DNA from: a virus
IMG/VR virus record: IMGVR_UViG_3300035338_000008
Location: 1-23,997 of that record
Direction: 5' to 3' (one strand)
DNA length: 23,997 nucleotides
Shown in pieces: positions 16,749 to 23,997 of this stretch (position 1 is its first letter; each line of letters begins with the position of its first letter). The notes below the pieces were generated by a model. That model worked only from the letters and a program-made list of their open reading frames with translations. It ran no database searches and was not told where the DNA came from. The position numbers and the translations under genes are program-made.

Positions 16749-18056
16749 CTGACAACTAAGATTTATGTTCAGAATGAAAGGATCCCCTTCTTTGACTTAT
16801 CCATTAACAATCCTCTTCAGGCGGCTGATACAGCCACTTTCACAACTGATGAACAGGTGGATTTTGAACTGAATCCCCAGGTCCGGATCATAGGGGACCA
16901 TAGGTCCTTTGGAGGGTTCATCACTAAGCCAAGGGAAACAGATGAAGGTTATACTTATGATTGCATGGACTGGACCCGGGCCATGTATGGGAAGATCTTC
17001 AAAGGATTCCATAATAAGACAATAAGTGAAATAGCCTCCGAATTGTTAGAACAATGTGGCGTTAACACTGGAGGATTGGACCCTACAACAAAGAGGCATC
17101 CAGAACTTATTTTTCACAGTAAAAAGATAGTGGATGTCTGTCACCAGCTGGCTAACCTGGAAGGTAAAGAGTTCTTTGTGAACCCTGATAATGTTGCAGT
17201 CCTCCGAGACGTGCCACCTATCAAGGAAGGATATGTTTTCTACCCTCCCAGCTATACAGATTTACAATTCCAGCAGGACTCTAGCAATATAATAACAGCC
17301 GTTTCAACATTTGGTGAAGATGACAGATTCCTGGCACAAGTAAAGGACGATTCCTTAATAGCAACCTATGGATTTATTGAGGATATCGTTTCAGACACCA
17401 GTCTGAAAACTGCTGATGAAGGTAAGGCAAAAGCAACTGAATTATTCAATACAAGTAACAAAATAGTGTTCTCCGGCAGTATCAACACTCCTTTACTGGA
17501 TAAGATGGTTGCAGGGACATGGATTATTATTATCCCTCCACAATGGAGTCAATACACTGCAAAGAGTTTCTACGTTCAGAACGTCCGCACAAGTATTAAT
17601 GAAAACACAGAGGAACACCAGGTCGATCTCCTGAATGGTCAACCCACACCCCCATCTGAATGGATCTATGAAGAACCAGGCCGAACATCTGGAATTGTAA
17701 CTGGTAGTATTACAATACCAGCAGAAATCATTTATTCAGTCACAGACCCTGTGGCCCTCAAGGCAAAGGAGTTAGGGGACCCCAGAACGATTAGGCGCTG
17801 GATAGATGCCAATATACAATACGAATTCTATTATGATTTCAAGTACAATCCTGTTCAGGTTTTACAATACCGTAGAGGTAACTGTTACGACCAGTCACTT
17901 CTTTTTGTCCAGATGGTGCAATCACTGGGTTATCAGGCTTACAGGCGGTGTGGTCAGGTTTGCAATGGTTACGCTCACTGTGATGCTATGATCTTCCTGG
18001 ATGGTAGATGGATCCAGGTGGATGTCACCTGTGCAAGTAGGAATCAGTTAGTATAA
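16749..18056 (+). CDS. Baseplate hub protein with C-terminal transglutaminase-like cysteine peptidase; probable CTG start (track start GTG 16857)
   Basis: Frame is open from 16734 and RBS GGGAGGGG at 16735-16742. Hub-like motifs YTYDCMDW and YGFIED are present. The C-terminus has GNCYDQS...HCDAMIFLDGRWIQVD. Confidence 0.75.
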   Translation: MTTKIYVQNERIPFFDLSINNPLQAADTATFTTDEQVDFELNPQVRIIGDHRSFGGFITKPRETDEGYTYDCMDWTRAMYGKIFKGFHNKTISEIASELLEQCGVNTGGLDPTTKRHPELIFHSKKIVDVCHQLANLEGKEFFVNPDNVAVLRDVPPIKEGYVFYPPSYTDLQFQQDSSNIITAVSTFGEDDRFLAQVKDDSLIATYGFIEDIVSDTSLKTADEGKAKATELFNTSNKIVFSGSINTPLLDKMVAGTWIIIIPPQWSQYTAKSFYVQNVRTSINENTEEHQVDLLNGQPTPPSEWIYEEPGRTSGIVTGSITIPAEIIYSVTDPVALKAKELGDPRTIRRWIDANIQYEFYYDFKYNPVQVLQYRRGNCYDQSLLFVQMVQSLGYQAYRRCGQVCNGYAHCDAMIFLDGRWIQVDVTCASRNQLV

Positions 18057-18070
18057 ATCTGTGGGGGTAA

Positions 18071-18358
18071 ATGATGGGTGGTAGAGAAGGTAAAACTTTA
18101 GACCTTGAAATCAAAAGGGCGATGGCTCCTTATTTTAATTATTGTGAACCTTCTGTTTTCGCAACGGTCACTAGGGTGCATGATACTACTGTGGATATTG
18201 GTTTATCTGTTGGTCAAAATGTAATCCCTTTTGAAAATGTTCCTGTAGTTAAACCATGTTTTGGATCTGGATCTTTGAACCTGGCAATTGGTGATAGGGT
18301 TCTCCTGATTTTCCAGGCAGGCAGTATCAAAGCACCAGTAATCGTTGGTAAAATATAG
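18071..18358 (+). CDS. Baseplate spike N-terminal OB-fold-like protein (gpV/gp45/XkdR-like)
   Basis: ATVTRV..TVDI..FENVPV...LAIGDRVLLIF.AG....PVIVGKI, located after the hub. Confidence 0.7.
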   Translation: MMGGREGKTLDLEIKRAMAPYFNYCEPSVFATVTRVHDTTVDIGLSVGQNVIPFENVPVVKPCFGSGSLNLAIGDRVLLIFQAGSIKAPVIVGKI

Positions 18359-18363
18359 AGGTA

Positions 18364-18753
18364 ATGGCCATGGTAGATGAAACAATCTATGGAACAGATA
18401 TAAAGAACACTTGGGAAGTAGGTCCCCATGGAGATATAAAAACTGTATCAGGGTTAAAGAATGCGGAACAGGCCGTATACAACCGGCTGATGACAAAATA
18501 TGATGAATTATACAAGTTCTATGATGGTTACGGTAATCATGACCATGACGTGATTGGGGAGACGGATAAGGCTGTTGCCGAGAATAAGCTTAAAATCTAT
18601 ACTGAGAACTGTTTACGGAAAGAACCCCGAGTAGAAGAGATTGGGGATATTATGGTAACATTTGAAAGAGACGTTATCATTGTAGAGGTTATTGTTAAGT
18701 TTATAAGTGAAATTAAATCATCAAATCTAGTATTCACACTGGAGAGGTTATAG
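18364..18753 (+). CDS. Baseplate wedge protein (gp25/gpW/XkdS-like)
   Basis: GDIKTVSGLKNAEQAVYNRL...YG...CLRKEPRVEEI. Confidence 0.85.
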   Translation: MAMVDETIYGTDIKNTWEVGPHGDIKTVSGLKNAEQAVYNRLMTKYDELYKFYDGYGNHDHDVIGETDKAVAENKLKIYTENCLRKEPRVEEIGDIMVTFERDVIIVEVIVKFISEIKSSNLVFTLERL

Positions 18754-18754
18754 A

Positions 18755-19900
18755 ATGGCTGACGAATTCACAAACGTAGAAGGCCTGAAAATTAAGCGGG
18801 CAGAAATAGTTCAAAGAATGGTGGACTATTACAAGGCTGCATTTGAAGGAGGATTAACTCAGATTACAGATTTTAATGAAGGTTCAGAGGCTAGGAATTT
18901 TTTAGAATCAGTAAGCATCCCAGCCTATGAACTCAGGCATTGGATTGACTTCATGGTCCGCCAAGCCTTTCCCCAATCAGCTGAACGAGGATACCTTGAC
19001 ATGATTGGAGTGATGTTCAATTGTTATAGAAAACAGGCTGTGAAAGCCACAGGTTACGTTACTTTCTCAACTCCAGGTGTAAAAAGTTACAATATCACAA
19101 TCTCCAAAGGCACATTTGTTAAAACCGGGGGAATTGATGGGATTTACTATATAACTACCAGTCCGGCCGTTATAACTGCTGGTGGCCTATCAGTTACTGC
19201 ACCAATCGAGGCAGCCACTCCTGGAGTTGTTGGTAATGTGAATGCCAGCACGATTGATGAATTACCCAACCCCATTGATGATCTCACTGTGACAAATGCA
19301 GCTGCAACTCTGAATGGATCGGATGAAGAAGATGACGAAACATTCCGGGCAAGAATATTAGAAGCCGGTAAAGCCGGCCAAGTGGGAACAGAAGCCTGGT
19401 TTAAATCCATGGCTGAGAGCATCACTGGCGTTCATGATGCAAAGGTCATCAGCAACCCGGAGGGTGAAGACTACAATATTAAAGTGTTGGTTAATGGGAT
19501 TGAAACACCTACTCCTACTGAAGTGATTAATGAGGTTCTTTCTTTGTTGACGAATGAGAATAACAAAGTTGCAGGGCTTAAAATAACTGTTGATAAACCC
19601 AATTATATTCAAACCGCAATTACAGCAACTGTGACCTTAGTCGAGGGTTATAATTGGTCAGAAATAGCGGCAAATATAGAATCAAACATTAATTGTTATT
19701 TCAATGGTGGAGAAACAAGTTATGGAACTGAATATCCGGGTCTGGATATTGACGATGATCTGATAAGGACACAGATTATGCAAGTTATTAATAACACGGA
19801 TGGAGTTTTAGACTACAATTTAACAGCACCGACTGAAAATGTTGTAACAACTCCAGAAGATGAGGCACAACTAGGATTAATTACATTAACACAAGTTTAA
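18755..19900 (+). CDS. Baseplate J-like wedge protein
   Basis: QAFPQSAERGYLD, RKQAVKATGYVTF, EAATPGVVGNV, NGSDEEDDETFRARIL. Confidence 0.93.
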   Translation: MADEFTNVEGLKIKRAEIVQRMVDYYKAAFEGGLTQITDFNEGSEARNFLESVSIPAYELRHWIDFMVRQAFPQSAERGYLDMIGVMFNCYRKQAVKATGYVTFSTPGVKSYNITISKGTFVKTGGIDGIYYITTSPAVITAGGLSVTAPIEAATPGVVGNVNASTIDELPNPIDDLTVTNAAATLNGSDEEDDETFRARILEAGKAGQVGTEAWFKSMAESITGVHDAKVISNPEGEDYNIKVLVNGIETPTPTEVINEVLSLLTNENNKVAGLKITVDKPNYIQTAITATVTLVEGYNWSEIAANIESNINCYFNGGETSYGTEYPGLDIDDDLIRTQIMQVINNTDGVLDYNLTAPTENVVTTPEDEAQLGLITLTQV

Positions 19901-20142
19901 ATGAGTTTACGAATCTTTGTCCAACCAATAAGAAGGGATTCTTCTTCATTAACAAAATCATAATACCATCTATAGATATATCCTATTTTATTTAGTTTCC
20001 TTCCGATTTCTTCTGTTTCATCACCATGAGTGGTGAATATATGTGGATCTCCATCAATCATCTTCGTTTTAACCACACCAGCTGAATTGAATATTTCACT
20101 AACCTTAGCGGGTAAACTCTTTAGAATCGAATCTTCATTCAT
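19897..20142 (-). CDS. Small hypothetical protein (opposite-strand accessory gene)
   Basis: ATG 20142 follows RBS AGGTGA (track start GTG 20151). The 81-aa ORF shares the TTAA stop region with baseplate J. Confidence 0.75.
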   Translation of the reverse strand: MNEDSILKSLPAKVSEIFNSAGVVKTKMIDGDPHIFTTHGDETEEIGRKLNKIGYIYRWYYDFVNEEESLLIGWTKIRKLI

Positions 20143-20151
20143 GAAATTCAC

Positions 20152-20223
20152 CTTCCTGTTAATATATTGTGTTTTAATTCTATAAATTCTTTTCTGAACT
20201 TAAAAATTAAGGTAAATGATAAA
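20152..20223. promoter_or_regulatory. AT-rich divergent intergenic region with TATA-like boxes
   Basis: TATAAA at 20181-20186 (+), reading TTTATA on the - strand, between divergent starts 20142 and 20224. Confidence 0.4.
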
Positions 20224-20781
20224 ATGACTAGTAAATATGGTGTTAAAATTCGTGAACAGTTCCCAGAACATTCATCTATCCATGAAGACATGAACCCGAT
20301 GAGAGAACTTATCGAGGAAGGGATCGGTCCTGAATTTGATCAGATCATTACTGATTTATTCCACGCTAGTGACAGCAGGTTTTTACTCACAGCCAACGAA
20401 ACAACCCTAGAACTCTTCAGAGAATGGTTTGGAGTTCCACGGAGAAATTTAACTATTGAAGAGTACCGAGCGTATATAATCTCAGTCAAAACTGCAAATA
20501 TCACAATAAACGGAATTAAAAAAGTAATTGGGAATATTTTGAGCATTGATTCAGCAAAAATTATTGTAATTGATGGTAGTGGCCGGGCCTGTAAAGCAGG
20601 AGTGACATTAGCAGCCGATCACTACTCAGGTACTCCTTGTAAATTTGCAAGTCATTTTTCAGAAGCACCAGGAGTAGTTACTGTGAGGATCCCTGAAGGC
20701 CAGGACCTGGCCCTGGTGAAATCTGTTATCAGCCAACTAGTTCTGGCTAGTGTGACTATCTACCTTGAAGAATACGTCTAA
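20224..20781 (+). CDS. Baseplate protein (P2 gpI / XkdU-like)
   Basis: Follows baseplate J with LLTANETTLELFREWFGVPR...EEYRAYI..TINGIKKVI. ATG 20224 is preferred to the track start 20167. Confidence 0.75.
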   Translation: MTSKYGVKIREQFPEHSSIHEDMNPMRELIEEGIGPEFDQIITDLFHASDSRFLLTANETTLELFREWFGVPRRNLTIEEYRAYIISVKTANITINGIKKVIGNILSIDSAKIIVIDGSGRACKAGVTLAADHYSGTPCKFASHFSEAPGVVTVRIPEGQDLALVKSVISQLVLASVTIYLEEYV

Positions 20782-20794
20782 GGAGGTTTTATTT

Positions 20795-20998
20795 TTGATA
20801 GACTATGAACGTTTGAAATTAAAAGTAACTGGAGATATTCACCCAGAACTGCGCGACCGGTTTGATATAAACACGATCGTACACAACGCAGTAGAAAAGA
20901 ACGGAATGATAATCGTTCAAGCACCTGAATTCTGGTTTAAATACGATGCAAAAACCTATGTCCAACTAGGAGGGGGAGGAGGTATAAGCGATGAGTAA
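20795..20998 (+). CDS. Small hypothetical protein
   Basis: RBS AGGAGGT at 20781-20787, then in-frame TTG 20795 (track start 20765). Confidence 0.6.
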   Translation: MIDYERLKLKVTGDIHPELRDRFDINTIVHNAVEKNGMIIVQAPEFWFKYDAKTYVQLGGGGGISDE

Positions 20999-21503
20999 TC
21001 CGTTCATAAAAGGAGGAGATGATTTCTACGCAGAGGCATACAATGGGGCAATTGCCCTATTCACAATGGGCAAACCTGAAATTACCTCCGAACTACCAGA
21101 CGACTACGCTGAAGGGGTATTCCTCACCGGCGCAAACAAATGCCTATTCATGCTAGTAAATCTGATTCTTTCAAATACAGAAATTTATGAGAATAAAATA
21201 CGATTACAAACAGGCCAAACCAGTGGTACGGCAATATTCAGAGTATACCCTAACATAGAACCCTTCAAGAATTGGCTTGAGGTTCTCTGGACCGAAACCA
21301 AAACTACCGGAACAATAGTCTGTGACCTGAGCAAAGGAACCAGTGGGGAAACACCCCTAAAGTCCAATATTGCTAATGGAGAGGATTTATCATTACTCGC
21401 AATTGGTCTTGAGTATGTTGAATTCAAATTCACCTTAACAGAAGTTTCCGGGAACCGGCCTACATTGGACTCCCTGGATCTGAAATTCAAAGGAGGCATC
21501 TAG
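20991..21503 (+). CDS. Putative distal tail / fibre attachment protein
   Basis: Beta-rich 170-aa protein with strong RBS GGAGGAGGT, directly before the fibre. Confidence 0.55.
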   Translation: MSNPFIKGGDDFYAEAYNGAIALFTMGKPEITSELPDDYAEGVFLTGANKCLFMLVNLILSNTEIYENKIRLQTGQTSGTAIFRVYPNIEPFKNWLEVLWTETKTTGTIVCDLSKGTSGETPLKSNIANGEDLSLLAIGLEYVEFKFTLTEVSGNRPTLDSLDLKFKGGI

Positions 21504-21505
21504 AT

Positions 21506-22999
21506 ATGGCTAAAATCATATTTGAACTTGATTCATTCTACACAGCCACAGACCTGATAGAAAAACTAAAAGAAGGTGACGGGGCAGGTAGCGGTTTTGA
21601 TGCAGACCTCCTGGACGGTCAGCATGCATCATATTTCTTACCAGCTGGAACTTATACTGCTGCCGATATTCTCACGAAACTGCTCACAGTAGATGGTGCA
21701 GGTAGTGGTCTTGACGCGGATAAATTAGATGGTGTGGAACTGGCAAAAATCTTAGCCCTGGGTGCTGCCATTCCTGGAAGTGCAAACCTAAACAATTACA
21801 CAGCTACAGGGTTGTATAACCAGCCCAGCACAGCCAACGCAACTAGTGGTACTAATTATCCAGTGGCCCTGGCTGGAATGCTTGAGGTAATCGCTGATGG
21901 ATCAATAATCTATCAGAAATACACGGCCTATGATTCAGCACATTTTGTATACCTTCGGACCTATGAAAATGGGACCTGGTACAGCTGGACCCGCGTCCTG
22001 GACACCACTGACCTGACCACTATCAATAACAACCTGGCCTTGAAATTGAATGCCAGTGTATATACGGCGGATGATATCCTTTCAAAACTCCTCACCGTTG
22101 ATGGAAGTGGCTCGGGATTGGATGCAGATACACTAGACGGGACACATCTTGCAACGTTGAACAGTGCAATCAACGCAAAACTAAACGCCAGCATATACAC
22201 AGCAACCGACATCCTCACGAAACTAAAAACTGTAGATGGATCCACTAGTGGCCTTGACGCTGACCTCCTGGACGGCCAGGAAGGAGCATACTATCTCCCA
22301 GCCAGTTCTTATTCTGCTAATGACGTTCTCACAAAACTAAAAACAGTGGATGGCCCAGGTAGTGGTCTTGACGCAGACACCGTTGATGGAGGCACTCCCT
22401 CGGCAACAGGGGGCACAGCGAATGCAATAGTTAAAGCAGGTAGCAATGGTCTGATTGATAATGCATTTTTACCAATGAGTCCTAATGAAGGTACTTTCCA
22501 GGTGCCAAAACTTATCGAGGCCAAAACAGGAATATCTGGAGGAAATAATCTTGATTTCACAGGATTGAATGGGAACGCTGATGGCATCTATCTTGTTCAA
22601 TGTGCCCTTAGCCTTTCTGCAAATGATGCGGCAGTGTACATGCTCCCTAATTCTTCTACTGCAAACGGACTCAGTAATGGGATTATATCTAGCAGTAGTG
22701 TTGATCATTCGAAAATAGACACAAATTATGCTTTCATGATCGCGAACACTCTTTACAATAACAGTCATGGAGCTGAAGGGGTTTGTCTTGGCCGGACAGA
22801 GATTTTAGCACCTACTGGAAAAAGACGAGTAAGCACTAGTTGCCAATCAAGCACAGGAACGAGTTTGGTAAACTTAAGTGTAACAAGCCACTGGACAAAT
22901 ACTTCTGCAAATATCACCTCACTACGTGCTTACGTGAGTAGTGGAACTATGTCTGGCTGGATTAAGTTGTATAAAATGGTTGACTTAGTGATTAGTTAA
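21506..22999 (+). CDS. Tail fibre protein
   Basis: Five Y[TS]AxD..xKLxxxDGxxSG[LF]DADxxDG repeats, a knob module at 21785-21997, a beta-rich C-terminal domain, and last position in the tail operon. Confidence 0.88.
   Translation: MAKIIFELDSFYTATDLIEKLKEGDGAGSGFDADLLDGQHASYFLPAGTYTAADILTKLLTVDGAGSGLDADKLDGVELAKILALGAAIPGSANLNNYTATGLYNQPSTANATSGTNYPVALAGMLEVIADGSIIYQKYTAYDSAHFVYLRTYENGTWYSWTRVLDTTDLTTINNNLALKLNASVYTADDILSKLLTVDGSGSGLDADTLDGTHLATLNSAINAKLNASIYTATDILTKLKTVDGSTSGLDADLLDGQEGAYYLPASSYSANDVLTKLKTVDGPGSGLDADTVDGGTPSATGGTANAIVKAGSNGLIDNAFLPMSPNEGTFQVPKLIEAKTGISGGNNLDFTGLNGNADGIYLVQCALSLSANDAAVYMLPNSSTANGLSNGIISSSSVDHSKIDTNYAFMIANTLYNNSHGAEGVCLGRTEILAPTGKRRVSTSCQSSTGTSLVNLSVTSHWTNTSANITSLRAYVSSGTMSGWIKLYKMVDLVIS
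21539..22390 (+). repeat. Five 81-nt (27-aa) intragenic repeats in tail fibre
   Basis: Copies at 21539-21619, 21653-21733, 22061-22141, 22196-22276 and 22310-22390. Confidence 0.9.
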
Positions 23000-23119
23000 A
23001 TTGAAAAAAAGAATGATTGTGGTGATAATTTGATTTAAAAATTCATATTAAAATTTTAAAAACGTATATTCCAATATAACATAGATATTCCCTAGTTAAT
23101 TTTTAGGGGGAATTAACGA

Positions 23120-23965
23120 ATGGAAAAGAAAAATAGGGATGTAAATCGTGAGCGTGTTCTTATTGAAACAAAGAAAAGTAAGGGAGATTTAGGGCATGCA
23201 TTAATAATAGGAGGATTACCCGGAATCTTTGGGCCGGTTGGTTCGATTTTTGCTGCATTATTTGGTTCAGTTGTTTACCCACCACCTATTACTCAAAGAA
23301 TTAACCAATTATTAATGGATATTGCATTCAAGTTAGAAGAACTGGAGATAAGAGGTAAATTAGAAATAGATGAACTCTTAAACAATGAAGGTTTTATATC
23401 CACACTATTACATGCCATTCAAATTGCCATTAGGACACATCAAAAAGAAAAATTAGAAGCCCTTAAAAATGCGGTGCTCAACTCTGCTTTGAAAACAGCT
23501 CCTGAAGACGATTATAAAACATTGTTTTTAAGTTTCATTGATAACTTTACGATTGCTCATGTAAAAATTCTAAAATTTTTCTATGATTTACCTAATTCTC
23601 CTAATTATATTTTTAAATTAAATCAAATAAAAATAGATGAGATAAAGAATAATTCCGGTGGAAACTTGAATAATTTCCGTGCAGATCAAAACTTTACGGA
23701 AAAGTTTTCACTTCTTAGTTTTGATTTTGAGATGGGTGATATTAGTGTAATTATTCCAGACATGGAAGGAAAACTAGATTTATACAGTCAAGTTGGAAGT
23801 GATTTGTGTACTAAAGGTTTATTATCAGTCGGCGGAAGTTCTCAACTCACTATGTTAAGAATAAATTGGTGGCAATTAGAACGTCCTCAGAAAACAGACT
23901 TAGGTGAATTGTTTTTACAATTTATAACATCCCCTTTGGATGATATTATAGAGAACCGAGTCTAG
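23120..23965 (+). CDS. AT-rich hypothetical accessory protein (possibly Abi-alpha/DUF4393-like)
   Basis: 281 aa with RBS AGGGGGA, its own AT-rich upstream region, and HQKEKLEALKNAVLNS...FLSFIDNFTIAHVKILKF. The family call is tentative. Confidence 0.7.
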   Translation: MEKKNRDVNRERVLIETKKSKGDLGHALIIGGLPGIFGPVGSIFAALFGSVVYPPPITQRINQLLMDIAFKLEELEIRGKLEIDELLNNEGFISTLLHAIQIAIRTHQKEKLEALKNAVLNSALKTAPEDDYKTLFLSFIDNFTIAHVKILKFFYDLPNSPNYIFKLNQIKIDEIKNNSGGNLNNFRADQNFTEKFSLLSFDFEMGDISVIIPDMEGKLDLYSQVGSDLCTKGLLSVGGSSQLTMLRINWWQLERPQKTDLGELFLQFITSPLDDIIENRV

Positions 23966-23997
23966 TATTAAGATTAAGACTTTTTAATCATTAATCT

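Larger units (their letters stand above)
1..23997 (+). mobile_element. Structural module of a myovirus-like archaeal virus/provirus (ends not visible in window)
   Basis: Continuous terminase-portal-capsid-sheath-tube-TMP-baseplate-fibre synteny. No integrase or att site is seen, so provirus versus free virus cannot be decided. Confidence 0.93.

Noticed and set aside
20971-20990. Poly-Gly C-terminus (GGGGG) of the 20795-20998 protein as a ubiquitin-like/SAMP tail
   Set aside because: The Gly codons coincide with the next gene's RBS (GGAGGAGGT), and the protein ends in ISDE rather than GG.
21539-22390. Regularly recurring motifs resembling a CRISPR or ncRNA array
   Set aside because: The repeats are degenerate at third codon positions and in frame, so they are protein repeats.
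22391-22999. Possible diversity-generating retroelement target at the fibre C-terminus
   Set aside because: No template-repeat copy differing at adenines and no reverse transcriptase are visible in the window. An element outside the window cannot be excluded.

Overview
This window is the virion morphogenesis module of a head-tailed dsDNA virus or provirus with a contractile tail. Gene order on the + strand is terminase small and large subunits, portal, minor head protein, prohead protease/scaffold, HK97-type major capsid, head fibre, neck, tail sheath, tube, chaperone, tape measure, baseplate and tail fibre. The host is inferred to be a pseudomurein-walled methanogen (Methanobacteriales-like). 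That inference rests on GGAGGTGA-type RBSs, hairpin-less oligo-T tracts, an 'AVSGCT' archaeal lipoprotein motif, zinc-ribbon membrane proteins and a transglutaminase-like cysteine peptidase. The ORF track misses several elements. (i) A complete but non-canonical tRNA-Thr(UGU)-like cloverleaf lies at 5176-5248 inside the head operon. (ii) A 54-aa ORF next to it is bracketed by an exact 23-bp duplicated translation-initiation sequence. (iii) A nested scaffold start lies inside the protease gene, and the scaffold contains a zinc ribbon. (iv) A G_GAT_TTT -1 frameshift would extend the tail chaperone. (v) The baseplate hub probably starts at CTG and carries a C-terminal Cys-His-Asp peptidase, downstream of a protein with a peptidoglycan-binding-like domain. 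Opposite-strand accessory genes interrupt the tail operon, and an AT-rich accessory gene follows the fibre. All family assignments come from motif recognition and synteny by eye; no database searches were run.
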